Source: Candidatus Latescibacterota bacterium (GTDB taxonomy: Bacteria; Latescibacterota; UBA2968; UBA8231). From it: DNA of 64,000 bases. Below the pieces are notes generated by a model that saw nothing but the letters and a program-made list of their open reading frames with translations, had not been told where the DNA came from and did no database searches. The translations under genes were made by a program, and so were the position numbers. Shown piece by piece: positions 10,824-21,562 of the stretch. Position 1 is the first letter of the stretch. Every line of letters begins with the position of its first letter. The stretch is taken from positions 6,112,001 through 6,176,000 of the forward strand of contig OZ241867.1 in assembly GCA_965203175.1 (NCBI GenBank), read 5' to 3'.

Positions 10824-11777
10824 ATGAATCAGAAATCTGGATTCCCTTCTGTACCGATAGAGACGCTTCCATTTTGTTGCGGGGATAGAGAACTCGCTAT
10901 TAGTTCAAGTGATTTATACGAGGACAACTTGATCTATGTAAAAAATCTCAAATATGATTATTACAGCCAAATGGCCGATATGCTAGAAGACTTATGGAAC
11001 GAGGATACCGCCAACGAATCTATTGCGATGAATATAAGGCTGCTTTATTTCCAGAGTTTAGAAACTTTGATGGCATTTCTATCCGCATTTGCTCAAGCTG
11101 GTCCAATAGTTGTTGGATGGATGCACCTTTATATGCCAAACGATCTCAGCCTTATTATTCAGAAGATATCTAACGGTGAACATAGTTATAACAGGACTCC
11201 TTTCAAGGAGTTGACTTGGTTCAAGTTAGCCAGTTGGATTATCGGACGAAGTGAGTATAAAGAGAAATTTGAAGATGTATACGGAAAGCTGTGGGGCAAG
11301 TTTTCTTCAGACTTCTTAGACAACTCGCTTATAAACGAGTATAACAGTCAAAAACATGGTCTCAGAATCAGTCTCCAAGAAGACATGAAACCAGGCAAGA
11401 TTTATAATATAAGTCAGAACACGAGTTTTGATGTAGGTCCACAAGGCTTAGGTGCTTTATCTTTTGTGAAGAGAAAGATAGCAGGCTTCAATCACAATCT
11501 CTGTCGCCAAGTGAGAGAGTGGAACATCCTAGATAATCTTGAAGGGCTGCGACTAGTTTCAGTTTCATTAGAACAGGTGCTTGTATGTATAACGGGTTAT
11601 CTTGAACATATGATGAAACGTTCTGGTATCTCTATGGGCACTTTTACTATTCCAGAGAAAAGGATTTATGAATACTTAGCAAATAGACATGAAGATACTT
11701 TTGTATTTACTGAAGAGATACAGGGCTCTACGTCTCCGTTGAGAAAGGGTGATGTCATAAGTACCTATAGAGGTTAG
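10824..11777 (+). CDS. AT-rich hypothetical protein inserted in the suf operon
   Basis: 317-aa ORF (extendable to 10713) visibly lower in GC than the flanking genes; contains EYNSQKHG, loosely HEPN-like. Confidence 0.7.
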   Translation: MNQKSGFPSVPIETLPFCCGDRELAISSSDLYEDNLIYVKNLKYDYYSQMADMLEDLWNEDTANESIAMNIRLLYFQSLETLMAFLSAFAQAGPIVVGWMHLYMPNDLSLIIQKISNGEHSYNRTPFKELTWFKLASWIIGRSEYKEKFEDVYGKLWGKFSSDFLDNSLINEYNSQKHGLRISLQEDMKPGKIYNISQNTSFDVGPQGLGALSFVKRKIAGFNHNLCRQVREWNILDNLEGLRLVSVSLEQVLVCITGYLEHMMKRSGISMGTFTIPEKRIYEYLANRHEDTFVFTEEIQGSTSPLRKGDVISTYRG

Positions 11778-11963
11778 AAATTCACGATATAATAATATAA
11801 TGATATACTATCGCTCAAGTCGAAGGGAGCATTCCTACTTGGTAAATCAAACCACCCACAGGAGACACTATCTCATGCAAACAGTTAACAATATAATTTA
11901 CCTGATAACTGTTTACTGATAAATCGTCACACATAGCATTACAACCCCAATCGAAAGCGTCCT

Positions 11964-12709
<746 letters not shown>

Positions 12710-12713
<4 letters not shown>

Positions 12714-14002
12714 ACGGCGTCGCCCATTATCAGTCCTGCTTTAACGACCTCGTCGGCACAGATGAGTTGCTGTCGCTGCGGCAAAAAGCCATTGAGCACC
12801 TCGCCGACGCTGGCTTTCCCACGACCAAAGACGAGGAGTGGGCTTTTACCAACATCGGCCCGCTGACTCGGATCAACTTCGAACTAGCCACATCCGCGTC
12901 CGCACCTGCCGTTCTCGACGACTACCGCTACGGCCTCAACGGGCTGGTCTTTGTCGATGGCCACTTTGCCCCTGCGCATTCTCATCTCAACGGCCTGTCC
13001 GCCGGTGTGCGCGTCGAGCACTTGGGCGACGCCATTGCCTCAAACGGCGACCTAGTCTCGGAGTCCCTAGGCCAAGCCGCCACCACCGAGAACGAGGCAT
13101 TCACCGCGCTCAACACCGCCTTCTTGCAAGACGGTGCGGTCGTCTATCTACCCCCGGGAGCCGTCGTCGAGCAGCCCATCCACTTGCTGTTTGTCTCCAC
13201 CGGCCAACGCGCCAACGTCGTCTCTCATCCGCGCGTCCTCGTAGTCGTCGAAGCCAACGCCCAAGCGACCCTAGTCGAAAGCTACGTCGGCTTGGATTCG
13301 GAACCGTATCTGACCAATAGCGTCAGCGAATTCTTCGTCGGCCCCAACGCCGTGCTCGACCACTACCGAATCCAGCGCGAATCCGCCGCCGCCTTCCACA
13401 TTGCAGCGACCCACGTCCGCGAGGAACGCGCCGCTCAATTTCGCTCGACCGCCATCACCTTGGGCGGACGCCTGACCCGCCACCACGTCCACACCGCTTT
13501 AGAGGGCGAAGGCGTTGACTCCACTCTCAACGGCCTCTACATCGAAGACGGGGCGCAACACGTCGATAACCACACGCTCATCGAACACGCCCAGCCTCAC
13601 TGCCAGAGCCACGAATTCTACAAGGGCATCCTCGGCGGCCGGGCCACCGGCGTCTTCCGCGGCAAGATCCACGTCCACCAAGCCGCGCAAAAAACCGACG
13701 CCTACCAAGCCAACCAAAACCTCCTACTTTCGGAGACGGCCCAAATAAACACCAAGCCCCAGCTCGAAATCTACGCCGACGACGTCAAGTGTTCGCACGG
13801 AGCCACCATTGGCCAGCTCGACGAAGACGCCCTCTTTTACTTGCGCTCCCGTGGCATTGGCCACCAAGAGGCCGTCCGAGTGCTGACGCGCGCCTTTGCC
13901 GGCGAAGTCCTCGACCGCGTGCGCGTCCCCGCCCTCAAAGACCAACTCGACCGACTAGTCGATCACCGGCTAGATCAAGCTGCCGCCGAAGTTGCCCCAT
14001 GA
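12710..14002 (+). CDS. sufD: Fe-S cluster assembly protein SufD
   Basis: [59 protein letters not shown]. Confidence 0.96.
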
Positions 14003-15228
14003 CCGCTTCCTTTGACATCACCAAGGTCCGCCGCGACTTCCCCGTACTCGGCGAGAAAATCCGTGGCAAGGACCTCGTCTATTTCGACAATGGCGCAACC
14101 ACCCAAAAGCCGCTGACGGTCATCTACGCGCTCCAGCGCTACTACGCCCGCGAAAACGCCAACATTCATCGCGGCGTCCACTTCCTCAGCCAGCAGGCGA
14201 CCTTTGCCTACGAGCGAGCGCGCGGTCGCGTCGGCCAATTCATCAACGCCCGCGAGAGCAGCGAAATCGTCTTCGTGCGCGGCACCACCGAGGCGCTCAA
14301 TCTCGTCGCCTACAGCTACGGCCGGTCGCAGCTAGGCCCCGACGACGAGATCATCGTCTCGCAGCTAGAGCACCACTCCAACATCGTGCCGTGGCAACTG
14401 CTGTGCGAGGAAAAGGGCGCGCGCCTGCGGGTAGTGCCCATCAGCGATACGGGCGAGTTCCTCTTCGACGAGTACGAGCGCCTGCTGTGCGAGCGCACCC
14501 GCATCGTCGCCATCGCCCACGCTTCCAACGCCCTCGGCACCATCCTGCCGGTAAAGGAAATCACTGCCTTGGCCCACCAGCACGGCGCAGTCGTCGTTGT
14601 CGATGGAGCGCAAGGAGTGCCCCACCTGCCGGTGGACGTGCAAGACCTCGACTGCGACTTCTACGCCTTTTCCGGGCACAAGCTCTTCGGCCCCACCGGC
14701 ATTGGCGTGCTCTACGGCAAGCAGGCCCTTTTACACGCCATGCCGCCCTATGAAGGCGGCGGCTCCATGATCGAAAAGGTCAGCTTTGCCGGCACCACGT
14801 ATGCTCCCCCGCCGATGCGCTTTGAGGCCGGCACGCCGCACATCGCCGGCGTCACTGGCTTGGAGACCGCCATTGATTACGTCAACTCCGTGGGCCGCGA
14901 GCAGATCGCCGCGTACGAGGCCGACTTGCTTGCGTACGCCGACGCAGCCCTCGCCGACATTCCGGGTCTGCGCCTGATTGGCACGGCCCGCGAGCGCGTG
15001 GCCGTGATCTCCTTCGCCCTCGGCGACATCCACCCGCACGACATCGGCACCATCCTCGACGCTGAGGGCATTGCCGTGCGCGCTGGCCACCACTGCGCCC
15101 AGCCGACCATGCAGTTTTACCAAGTGCCCGCTACGGTGCGCGCCTCGTTGGCTTTTTACAACACGCGCGCAGAAATTGACGCCCTAGTCGCGGCATTGCA
15201 CAAGGTCAAGGAGGTATTTGGTGGGTAA
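13999..15228 (+). CDS. sufS: Cysteine desulfurase SufS
   Basis: YFDNGATTQKP, NIHRGVH, FSGHKLFGPTGIG (PLP Lys), RAGHHCAQP; ATGA overlap with sufD. Confidence 0.97.
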   Translation: MTASFDITKVRRDFPVLGEKIRGKDLVYFDNGATTQKPLTVIYALQRYYARENANIHRGVHFLSQQATFAYERARGRVGQFINARESSEIVFVRGTTEALNLVAYSYGRSQLGPDDEIIVSQLEHHSNIVPWQLLCEEKGARLRVVPISDTGEFLFDEYERLLCERTRIVAIAHASNALGTILPVKEITALAHQHGAVVVVDGAQGVPHLPVDVQDLDCDFYAFSGHKLFGPTGIGVLYGKQALLHAMPPYEGGGSMIEKVSFAGTTYAPPPMRFEAGTPHIAGVTGLETAIDYVNSVGREQIAAYEADLLAYADAALADIPGLRLIGTARERVAVISFALGDIHPHDIGTILDAEGIAVRAGHHCAQPTMQFYQVPATVRASLAFYNTRAEIDALVAALHKVKEVFGG

Positions 15229-15231
15229 GAA

Positions 15232-15276
15232 ATGGGTAAAGGTTTATACAACATTAATGAGGTATTTCAACGATGA
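15232..15276 (+). repeat. Diverged 48-nt in-frame duplicate of the sufS 3' end (mini-ORF MGKGLYNINEVFQR)
   Basis: GAGGTATTT at 15211 and 15259 (offset 48); LHKVKEVF vs LYNINEVF; its TGA overlaps the sufU ATG. Confidence 0.6.
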
Positions 15277-15725
15277 CTGAGCTTCGCGAGCTATACCAGC
15301 AGATCATCCTCGATCACAACAAAAATCCGCGCAATTTCGGCAAGCTGCCCGAGGCCAATCGCATGCAAGAGGGCCACAATCCCCTGTGTGGCGACCACCT
15401 GCAGATCTATCTCCACGTGGCCGACGAGCGGATTGCCGACATTAGCTTTGACGGATCGGGTTGCGCCATTTCCAAAGCCTCGGCTTCCCTGATGACCGCC
15501 GCCCTCAAAGGCAAGCGTCCCGACGAGGCGGTCAAGCTGTTTGAGCAGTTCCAGCAGATGGTGACCGCCGAGCCAGATGCACCCGTCGATCACCAAGCCT
15601 TGGGCAAGATGGCCGTCTTCGCTGGGGTGCGCGAGTTCCCCATGCGCGTCAAGTGCGCGACCCTCGCTTGGCACGCCGCCAAAGCGGCCATAGAACAAGA
15701 CCCATCGCCTGCATCCACCGAATAG
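15273..15725 (+). CDS. sufU: SUF-system NifU-like protein SufU
   Basis: LYQQIILDH, NPLCGD, GCAISKAS, RVKCATL. Confidence 0.95.
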   Translation: MTELRELYQQIILDHNKNPRNFGKLPEANRMQEGHNPLCGDHLQIYLHVADERIADISFDGSGCAISKASASLMTAALKGKRPDEAVKLFEQFQQMVTAEPDAPVDHQALGKMAVFAGVREFPMRVKCATLAWHAAKAAIEQDPSPASTE

Positions 15726-15758
15726 AACGTGTAACTAACCGCGAAAAAGGAGTCCTCC

Positions 15759-16097
15759 ATGGAACTGTTGCACGAAAAAACCTTTCCCCCCGATTCTACC
15801 GAGGCCAAAGTCGTGGCCGTGCTCAAGACCTGCTACGACCCCGAGATTCCGGTCGATATCTTTGCCCTCGGCCTGATCTACGATGTCGAGGTCAGCGACT
15901 CTCAGGACGTCCATGTGACCATGACCTTGACCTCGCCTGCCTGCCCGGTAGCCGGCACCCTGCCGCCGGAAATCGAACACAAAATCAAGTCCCACGTCCC
16001 GGGCATCGCCACGGCCTTGGTCGAGGTCGTGTGGGATCCGCCGTGGACGATCGACATGATGACCGAAGGGGCCAAACTCGAACTAGGCATGATGTGA
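15759..16097 (+). CDS. sufT: DUF59/SufT Fe-S maturation protein
   Basis: YDPEIPVDIFALGLIY, MTLTSPACP, WDPPWT. Confidence 0.92.
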   Translation: MELLHEKTFPPDSTEAKVVAVLKTCYDPEIPVDIFALGLIYDVEVSDSQDVHVTMTLTSPACPVAGTLPPEIEHKIKSHVPGIATALVEVVWDPPWTIDMMTEGAKLELGMM

Positions 16098-16098
16098 C

Positions 16099-16557
16099 AT
16101 GAAACTCAACTCGAGCGAAGAATACGGCTTGCGCTGCCTCTTGCAACTGGCCCGCCAAGCCCCCGGCAGCCTGACCATCCCGGAAATCAGCCAAGCCGAG
16201 GGCATCACCCATCACAACGTCGCCAAGCTCTTGCGCATTCTCCGGCAAGGCGGCTTTGTCGCAAGTGCCCGTGGCCAGCAAGGCGGCTACGCCCTCGCCA
16301 AGCCCCCCCACCAAATCGCCGTGGCCGACGCGCTCGCCACGCTGGGCGGTCGCCTCTTCGACGACGGCTTCTGCGATCACTTTGCCGGCAGCGCGGATTG
16401 CTGCACGCACTCGCTGACTGCGTGTTCAGTGCGCGCGCTGTGGGGGCAAGTGCAGCAGGCCGTGGATCAAATTTTATCGCGCACAACCCTCGCCGACCTG
16501 CTGGAACAGGGGTACGCCCTAGCCGACGAAGAGGCCCTGCTCGATATATCGGCTTAG
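16099..16557 (+). CDS. Rrf2-family transcriptional regulator (probably Fe-S binding)
   Basis: EEYGLRCLLQLA, winged HTH, SARGQQGGYAL, Cys cluster CDHFAGSADCCTHSLTAC. Confidence 0.92.
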   Translation: MKLNSSEEYGLRCLLQLARQAPGSLTIPEISQAEGITHHNVAKLLRILRQGGFVASARGQQGGYALAKPPHQIAVADALATLGGRLFDDGFCDHFAGSADCCTHSLTACSVRALWGQVQQAVDQILSRTTLADLLEQGYALADEEALLDISA

Positions 16558-17396
16558 GCCCGAAACGGATTCTCCTCCCCCTCGGCCCGATGCCGATAGA
16601 GCGGCTTAACCGTCTCCGGCAGGGCTTCGTAGGCTTCCCTCGGCACAATCGCATTGTTGCGTCCGCCAAATTCCACGCTCAACCACCACGGACAATAGCG
16701 CGTAATAATCGCCACCCTCGGCTCCGGACTAGGATTCGCCGCGGTAGAATGCCAGATCCGACTGTCCATCACCAGCGCACTGCCCTCCGGACCGACAACC
16801 TGAATCTCTCCGCGAATCGGCTTGAACTGATCCATCCTCTCTTCCAGCCCTTCGGGCGTCTGGTGCATCCGCGGATTGAGCGGATCGCGGTGACTGCGCG
16901 GCACCACCCACGTCCCACCCGTCTCCGGACCAAACGGCGACAGCATCCACAGTACCGATAGCTGCATGGTCACATTTGGGAAGGGCTGCGCCACCCGGCC
17001 GGCGAAATCCCTATCGGTCAGGTCGTGCGGCCAATCCGAGTGAAAGCCGCGCCAGTCCAAGTCCTCGCGGTTGGGCACTTGCGTCTTAAACTCGGTTTGC
17101 GCGATCCGCACGTGCCCGCCAAAAACCGCCTGCGCCACCCCCAACAAACGCTCGTCGCCCAGATACGGCGCAAACTCTGATAAATACGCGATCAGGCAAA
17201 CGCCCGGCTCGCCGTTGGGCCCGGTCTGCCGCCCGATGTGCCCGCCCATGGCCTCGTAGTCCTGCTGCGCCTTTGCGTGCGCCTCTTGCACGTGCGCCCG
17301 CACCCGGTCTATGGCGTCCTCCGGAATAATCCGCTCCAACACGCACCACCCTTCGCGGCGCAATTGATCCACTTTTTCCTTTATCTCAGCGTCCAT
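16554..17396 (-). CDS. PhyH-family Fe/2OG dioxygenase
   Basis: LRREGWCVLERII, FHSD (HxD), GGTWVVPRSH, IWHSTAANPSPEPR. Confidence 0.88.
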   Translation of the reverse strand: MDAEIKEKVDQLRREGWCVLERIIPEDAIDRVRAHVQEAHAKAQQDYEAMGGHIGRQTGPNGEPGVCLIAYLSEFAPYLGDERLLGVAQAVFGGHVRIAQTEFKTQVPNREDLDWRGFHSDWPHDLTDRDFAGRVAQPFPNVTMQLSVLWMLSPFGPETGGTWVVPRSHRDPLNPRMHQTPEGLEERMDQFKPIRGEIQVVGPEGSALVMDSRIWHSTAANPSPEPRVAIITRYCPWWLSVEFGGRNNAIVPREAYEALPETVKPLYRHRAEGEENPFRA

Positions 17397-17487
17397 AAAC
17401 CCTCTCATTCTCGGTTGCTCAAGCAATTGCGTACTGCTATACTAGACCCACTCACTAATGCACCCCATCCTTTTCCCGGCCCTTCTC

Positions 17488-18753
17488 ATGCACATCACCA
17501 ACATCGAAGTCCACGCCATCTGCCCGCCGTATTGCGACTTCAACGCCCTGGCGCTGGCCCGCTACCACGGCGCGCGCCTCCAACGCCGCGCCATCCTCGT
17601 CGTCCACACGGACAACGGCCTAGAGGGCCTCGGCGAGAACATCGGCGACGCGCCTGACGGCGACGCCTTGCGCGCAAAATACATCGGCACCTCGCCCTTT
17701 GACTGGATCAACGCCGAGCAGGACCTCGCCATGAACATGGCCTGCTACGACCTAATGGGCAAGCACCTCGGTATCCCCGCGTGGAAGCTGATCGGCCCCA
17801 AGGTCCGCTCGTGGATTCCGGTCGCCGCTTGGACCGTGGCCCAAGCTCCAGACGCCATGGCCGAAGAAGTGCGCCAAGCTGCCGCTCGCGGCTATCACTG
17901 GATCAAGTACCACGTCGATGAAATGCAGGACGTCATCGCCCAAACCGAGGCCATGCAGGAGGCTGCTCCACCCTATTTCAAAATCCACTACGACTTCAAC
18001 GCCAACAGCAACTACTACACCATGCGCACCATTCTCGCCGAGCTGGTCAAATTCCGGGTCGCCGGCCGCTTTGAAGACGTGGTCCAAGGCACGGACGAAG
18101 ACGCCTATCGCATGTTGCGCGAGCAGTGCCCGCTGCCCATCATCGGCCACCACGTCCCGCCCGAAGCCATGACCAAGCGCTACGTCGATGGGACCATGGC
18201 CGGGCACGCCCCCATCGGCAGTGCCATCAAAGCCGCCGCCATTGCCGAGCGGCTCAACATGCCCCTCATGTACCAACAGACCGGCGGCATTATCAATCAA
18301 GCCTTTTTGGCCCACGAAGTCGCAGTATTCAAAATGGCCACCATCGACCACGTCAATTGCTGCCACCTATGGCAAGAGGACGTGGTCAAAGACCCCATGC
18401 CCGTAATCGACGGCAGCGTCGCCGTGCCCCAAGGGCCGGGCCTAGGCGTCGAACTCGATCGCGCACAATTGGAAAAATTGGCCAGCGCGGCCCCGGTCGA
18501 TAGAGGCCGCTTCTTGATCCGCATCCGCTCCGCCGGTGGCCTCACCGCGTATGTGCGCCACGACCCCGAGCCGAGCGGCTCTACCGACAATCTGCGCTTC
18601 CACGACCGCTTGCACCGCCAAGGCGTTCCCGGGCGGCCACCTTCGTACGCCAACCCGCTCACCACTGAATTCTGGGACGCAGAAAAAGACCCCGAGCACT
18701 TTGAGGAACTGTGGCAGGCTACGGCCGACGGCCCTTTATGGAAAGAGGAATAG
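17488..18753 (+). CDS. Mandelate racemase/muconate-lactonising (enolase superfamily) protein
   Basis: VHTDNGLEGLGE, MACYDLMGKHLGIPAWKLIG, IHYDFN, RFED, VPQGPGLGVELD. Confidence 0.88.
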   Translation: MHITNIEVHAICPPYCDFNALALARYHGARLQRRAILVVHTDNGLEGLGENIGDAPDGDALRAKYIGTSPFDWINAEQDLAMNMACYDLMGKHLGIPAWKLIGPKVRSWIPVAAWTVAQAPDAMAEEVRQAAARGYHWIKYHVDEMQDVIAQTEAMQEAAPPYFKIHYDFNANSNYYTMRTILAELVKFRVAGRFEDVVQGTDEDAYRMLREQCPLPIIGHHVPPEAMTKRYVDGTMAGHAPIGSAIKAAAIAERLNMPLMYQQTGGIINQAFLAHEVAVFKMATIDHVNCCHLWQEDVVKDPMPVIDGSVAVPQGPGLGVELDRAQLEKLASAAPVDRGRFLIRIRSAGGLTAYVRHDPEPSGSTDNLRFHDRLHRQGVPGRPPSYANPLTTEFWDAEKDPEHFEELWQATADGPLWKEE

Positions 18754-18754
18754 G

Positions 18755-19564
18755 ATGAACGAAGACGAAAAGTATTTTTTCGACCTCAACGGCTACATCG
18801 TCGTACCCAACGTCTTGTCGGCCGAGGACATCGCGCTGGCCAACGAGGCCATTGACCGCCATGCCGATCAGATCCACGAGCGCACGGGCGAGCTGTCGCT
18901 GTCGGCTGGCTCCAAGGCGCTCGAAGGCGTCACCGGACGCGGCGACCTCGGCGGCGCGCTCTCGTGGCCCGACCCGGATGGCCGCCCTTTCCGCGACATG
19001 CTGGTCAACCCCAAGATCGTGCCCTTTCTGCACGAGATTTTGGGCACCGGCTTCCGCCTCGATCACAATCTCGGCATCATCACCATGCGCAAAGGGGCCG
19101 AGGGCCACCTCCTGCACGGATCGTCCGGCCCCGGCTTTGACCGCCACCAGTACTACATCTTCAAAGACGGCAAAATGCACAACGGCCTGACCGTAGCCGC
19201 CTATCAACTCACGGATGTGCGCGAGGGCGACGGAGGCTTGTGCTTGATCCCCGGCAGCCACAAGGGCAACTATCCCTGCCCGATGGCGCTCCGACGCGGC
19301 GAGGCGTACCGCGAATTCATCAAGCCGATCACCTGCAACGCCGGCGACTGCATCATATTCACCGAGGCCACCACCCACGGCACCCTACCTTGGACCGCCG
19401 ACCACGACCGCCGCACTGCCCTCTTCCGCTTCTCACCGGGCAACCTCGCCTACGTACCCCACAACTGGTCCGAAGACATGCTCGCCCTAATGACCGACGA
19501 GCAGCGCAAAGTTCTAGAGCCGCCCTATCACTCGCGGCTGGAACGTCCCGTGTTGGAAATGTAG
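18755..19564 (+). CDS. PhyH-family Fe/2OG oxygenase with atypical HxS motif
   Basis: YFFDLNGYIVVPNVL, LHGSSG, DGGLCLIPGSHK, FTEATTHGTLPW, RRTALFRF. Confidence 0.85.
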   Translation: MNEDEKYFFDLNGYIVVPNVLSAEDIALANEAIDRHADQIHERTGELSLSAGSKALEGVTGRGDLGGALSWPDPDGRPFRDMLVNPKIVPFLHEILGTGFRLDHNLGIITMRKGAEGHLLHGSSGPGFDRHQYYIFKDGKMHNGLTVAAYQLTDVREGDGGLCLIPGSHKGNYPCPMALRRGEAYREFIKPITCNAGDCIIFTEATTHGTLPWTADHDRRTALFRFSPGNLAYVPHNWSEDMLALMTDEQRKVLEPPYHSRLERPVLEM

Positions 19565-19753
19565 CCGCGTCCGATAGAAACCTGACGAAGCAATCGCGCC
19601 GATGCACACATGAGTTTCTATGTAGCTGGAACGGCAGCGTATGGTTGAGACACGGACATATTGGAGGACGAGGCGTTGCGGGAATTGCTGGGCTCAACAT
19701 GGTGAGCAAGTAACAGTAATGAAAACTTTAACAAAGCTTGAGAAAGGTTTGGA

Positions 19754-20671
19754 GTGAATAATTATTGGTTAAAGAGGTACCTTGAAATTGAAGGGAAGTT
19801 GAATTGGGATCGAAATAGAGTAGAAATACTCGAATCTCTTATCAGAGAGACTTCCTATTTTGTTGTAGATCTTGAACGCCTCATACCTAATCCGTCACCG
19901 TTCAACGAAGGCGAAGTTGTCGCCCAATGCATCAAAGGGACCTACGATCAGGAAAAGGCCAAATCCTGGGTATATATGCATTTATATGGGCATGCAGTTC
20001 GTCAGGCGAACGCAATAGGCATTCTTATAGAAGAATCGTGTATACAATCAGGACTACAGCTATGGCGATCACTCTTTGAGGCTTATGTAATCTGTGAATT
20101 TCTTGCAATACATTGCAGCGAAAATCCGCAAATATTCCGAGACTATATCAGTCATAGCCTATTACGGTCCTGGATCCGAAGTAAAGAAAACTATAACAAT
20201 ATCTGCAAGGAGAAAGGAAAGGAGTCTCGTTACGATGAGTCAGAAATCTGCTCTATGAAGGAAATATTTAAATGTAAATTTGTATCCTTAGGTAGGGACT
20301 ATTCGTGGGCTAGATCAATTTTTGAATATATACCAGATTTTAGAAATATATTAGATAGAGTGGATAGCGATATGGAAATTTTCTATCATTTATCTTCGAA
20401 GGAAATCCATCCTACCATTGGACATCGATTTGCTTTAGCTGGCCTAAGTCTCCCTTTACCAATGATTCCTATGATGCCTATAAACGATGTATTCAATTTG
20501 GAGGAAATGTATCTTGACTATTTGACTGCCAAGCCACTAGTCCAGATGACAAGCCGGATAAGTGACTTTCTGATTCTCGACGAATCATTGCTGAAACGTT
20601 TGGAATCTCTTAGGAAACTAGGTAAAGATGTGCTAAACAAGCTAGTAAAAGAGGTGCCAAGCGACAGTTGA
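19754..20671 (+). CDS. AT-rich DUF5677-like hypothetical protein
   Basis: Low GC versus neighbours; LWRSLFEAYV and FYHLSSKEIHPT match the recalled R..lE / Y..lS..vH pattern of DUF5677. Confidence 0.65.
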   Translation: MNNYWLKRYLEIEGKLNWDRNRVEILESLIRETSYFVVDLERLIPNPSPFNEGEVVAQCIKGTYDQEKAKSWVYMHLYGHAVRQANAIGILIEESCIQSGLQLWRSLFEAYVICEFLAIHCSENPQIFRDYISHSLLRSWIRSKENYNNICKEKGKESRYDESEICSMKEIFKCKFVSLGRDYSWARSIFEYIPDFRNILDRVDSDMEIFYHLSSKEIHPTIGHRFALAGLSLPLPMIPMMPINDVFNLEEMYLDYLTAKPLVQMTSRISDFLILDESLLKRLESLRKLGKDVLNKLVKEVPSDS

Positions 20672-20727
20672 TTGAACACGTCAATCAACCAAAACCTTCA
20701 ACAAAACCCATAGCTCAGGAAGCCTTC

Positions 20728-21561
20728 ATGTCTAAGCGCAAAATCGTCGTCACCGGTGCTGCCGGATACGTCGCCGGCCGCATGTTACCGGCCCTACAGG
20801 AACGCTACGAAACCGTTCTGCTGGATGTGAAAACGACCAGTCGTCAAGGTGAAGAAGTCGCAGGAATCCACATCGCCGATCTGCGGGAGAAAGACCGCGA
20901 TAAATATCGGGAACACTTCCGAGGTGCCGACGCGGTAGTCCACTGCGGCTTCGTCCGAACCGGGCAAGGCGAACAGCGCTTCTGGAACGAGGCTGACAAT
21001 ATTACCATGGCCCACAATGTGTACCGAGTCTGCCAAGACGAGGGCGTGCGGCGAGCCGTGATCGTCAGCTCTAATCACGCAGCCGACTACTACGAAAACT
21101 TGATCTGGTCGGGACGCATGGATTTTGTCACGCCCGACATGCTGCCGCTATCGGACAATTTCTACGGCTGGGCCAAGGCATCGTATGAACTGTTGGGCTT
21201 TATGTTCGCCTGTGGCAAGGAAGGACCAGTCCTAGAAAACGTGCAATTGCGCATCGGCGGCCCCCGCGAGACCGACATTGACAACTGCGGCAACGATCTA
21301 CAGCAAATGCACCGAGGCTTGGGAGCCTATCTCAGCGTGCGCGACCAAGTGCAACTCGTAACCAAGAGCATTGAGACCGAGGACATCCGCGACGCCAACG
21401 GTGTACCCTTCCAGATTTTCTACGGCATCAGCGGCAATGCACACAACTTCTGGAGCTTGGCCAACGCCCGGCGTGCGATCGGCTACGCGCCCCAAGACGA
21501 CAGCCAAGTGCGCTTTGCCGACAAAATCGCGGCGATTACGCAGGCGGCGCAGGACGAATAG
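20728..21561 (+). CDS. NAD-dependent epimerase/dehydratase, uronate-dehydrogenase-like
   Basis: VTGAAGYVA, SSNHA, FYGWAK (YxxxK), LRIG, IGYAPQD. Confidence 0.85.
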   Translation: MSKRKIVVTGAAGYVAGRMLPALQERYETVLLDVKTTSRQGEEVAGIHIADLREKDRDKYREHFRGADAVVHCGFVRTGQGEQRFWNEADNITMAHNVYRVCQDEGVRRAVIVSSNHAADYYENLIWSGRMDFVTPDMLPLSDNFYGWAKASYELLGFMFACGKEGPVLENVQLRIGGPRETDIDNCGNDLQQMHRGLGAYLSVRDQVQLVTKSIETEDIRDANGVPFQIFYGISGNAHNFWSLANARRAIGYAPQDDSQVRFADKIAAITQAAQDE

Positions 21562-21562
21562 A

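Noticed and set aside
10497-11963. IS element or prophage remnant explaining the suf insertion
   Set aside because: No transposase or integrase motifs, terminal inverted repeats or target-site duplication recognised.
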